Source of the DNA: Fidelibacterota bacterium
Lineage (GTDB): Bacteria > Fidelibacterota > Marinisomatia > Marinisomatales > JABMOV01
Length of the DNA stretch: 18,696 bases
Direction: 5' to 3'
Assembly (NCBI GenBank): GCA_046861395.1
Contig: JBHHUC010000040.1
Location: 1-18,696 of the forward strand
Shown here: positions 17,578 to 18,696 of the stretch, one piece after another
Layout: every line of letters begins with the position of its first letter
Numbering within the stretch: position 1 is the stretch's first letter
Notes under the pieces: generated by a model
What the model saw: the letters and a program-made list of their open reading frames with translations, nothing else
What the model was told of the DNA's origin: nothing
The model's database searches: none
Made by a program: the position numbers and the translations under genes

Positions 17578-18060
17578 ATGAAACGGGTTATTTATCCAGG
17601 TACCTTTGACCCTATTCATAATGGACACATTGATATTGCCGAGCGGGCATCGAAACTATTTGACGAACTGATCTTTCTGGTTGCCGAGAATCAGCAGAAG
17701 CAGGCCTTATTCTCCGCCCAGGAGCGAAAAGGGATGATAACCGATGCCACGAAACATATACCAAATGTGGTCATTATGTCGACCCAGGATCTTGTGGTGA
17801 ATATCGCACGGCAGGAAAAAGCCATAGCCCTGATTCGGGGATTACGCCATGTAAGTGACTTCGAATTCGAATTTCAGATGGCCATGATGAATTATCACCT
17901 GAATCCTGAGGTAACCACGGTATTAATGATGCCGGATGAAAAATTTATTCATTTAAACTCTACCGTTGTGAAGAATGTGGCAAAATTAAAAGGCGATATT
18001 CGCGATTATGTTCCTGCCATTGTGGAACGTTACTTAAATCTGAAATTCCACTCCAGATAA
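17578..18060 (+). CDS. coaD: Pantetheine-phosphate adenylyltransferase
   Basis: IYPGTFDPIHNGHIDI, IRGLR..SDFEFE.QMA.MN and NSTVVK. Confidence 0.96.
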   Translation: MKRVIYPGTFDPIHNGHIDIAERASKLFDELIFLVAENQQKQALFSAQERKGMITDATKHIPNVVIMSTQDLVVNIARQEKAIALIRGLRHVSDFEFEFQMAMMNYHLNPEVTTVLMMPDEKFIHLNSTVVKNVAKLKGDIRDYVPAIVERYLNLKFHSR

Positions 18061-18092
18061 TTGTAAATTTTATACTCAAAATTTTCGGATAA

Positions 18093-18098
18093 AAGGAG
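18093..18098 (+). promoter_or_regulatory. Shine-Dalgarno site for the zinc-ribbon gene
   Basis: AAGGAG ending 11 nt before ATG 18110, in an AT-rich spacer that also has TATACT at 18071-18076 (possible -10). Confidence 0.55.
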
Positions 18099-18109
18099 AA
18101 AAACGTTCA

Positions 18110-18379
18110 ATGCCTACTTACGACTATTTGTGCCAAATATGTGGTTGTCGGTTTGAATATTTTCAATCCATGTCTGATGAACCATTAAATAAATGTCCCG
18201 AATGTGGCGGATCAGTTCGGCGACTGGTCAGTGGGGGATCCGGATTAATTTTCAAAGGAACCGGGTTTTATCTGACGGATTATAAAAAATCCAATTCCGG
18301 CACAAACAGGGAAAAGAAAACAGACGTTAAACCAGCCGCCACCATTAAATCAAAACAAAAGACGAAAAAGGATTTATAA
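18110..18379 (+). CDS. FmdB-family zinc-ribbon protein
   Basis: [14 protein letters not shown]....MSD....CPECGG...R..S....[11 protein letters not shown], with a basic low-complexity tail. Confidence 0.9.
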   Translation: MPTYDYLCQICGCRFEYFQSMSDEPLNKCPECGGSVRRLVSGGSGLIFKGTGFYLTDYKKSNSGTNREKKTDVKPAATIKSKQKTKKDL

Positions 18380-18696
18380 TGTCAACCTATCAATATTCAA
18401 GTATCCCGGCCGGTGGGGAAAAAATCACGGCCGAGAAGGGGAAACTGAACGTTCCGGATAATCCCATTATTCCTTTCATTGAAGGTGATGGTATCGGACC
18501 CGATATCTGGAATGCCGCTGTACGTGTCTTCGATGCGGCAGTGAATAAAGCCTATAATGGAAAAAGAAAAATTCATTGGATGGAAGTATTCGCCGGTGAA
18601 AAAGCCTTGGAAAAGACTGGCAGCTGGCTGCCGGATGAAACATTGGCCGTCATTCGTGAATTTTTAATTGCCATTAAAGGTCCTCTGACAACACCA
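18379..18696 (+). CDS. icd: Isocitrate dehydrogenase (E. coli Icd-type), 3'-truncated
   Basis: Not in the ORF track; translated by hand: [84 protein letters not shown] overlap with the previous gene. Confidence 0.95.
   Translation, partial: MSTYQYSSIPAGGEKITAEKGKLNVPDNPIIPFIEGDGIGPDIWNAAVRVFDAAVNKAYNGKRKIHWMEVFAGEKALEKTGSWLPDETLAVIREFLIAIKGPLTTP

Noticed and set aside
1..18696. CRISPR array, tRNA/rRNA, riboswitch, IS or prophage
   Set aside because: No intergenic gap exceeds about 60 nt, and I saw no spaced repeats or transposase/integrase motifs by eye.

Overview
Gene-dense bacterial chromosomal window with 19 consecutive + strand genes. Most junctions overlap or are within 18 nt, and I saw no RNA genes, mobile elements or CRISPR array. 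Gene content suggests an FCB-superphylum lineage such as Marinisomatota, Calditrichota or Ignavibacteria (inference). Order: (1) an outer-membrane cluster of a 5'-truncated PorV-like barrel, an M6-peptidase-like protein that lacks HExxH but carries a T9SS type-A C-terminal domain, an HExxH peptidase/beta-propeller/beta-barrel fusion, a DUF5683-like protein and bamD; (2) nadD and a Ca/Na antiporter; (3) ftsE-ftsX; (4) hrcA-grpE-dnaJ without dnaK or a CIRCE; (5) a comEA-like gene, a degenerate pilin-like gene and a PilM/GspL-like membrane protein; (6) rsmD-coaD; (7) an FmdB-family zinc-ribbon gene and 3'-truncated icd. The best candidates for undescribed systems are the comEA/pilin-like/PilMN(O)-like triplet and the PorV-pseudoprotease-protease/barrel-BamD cluster.
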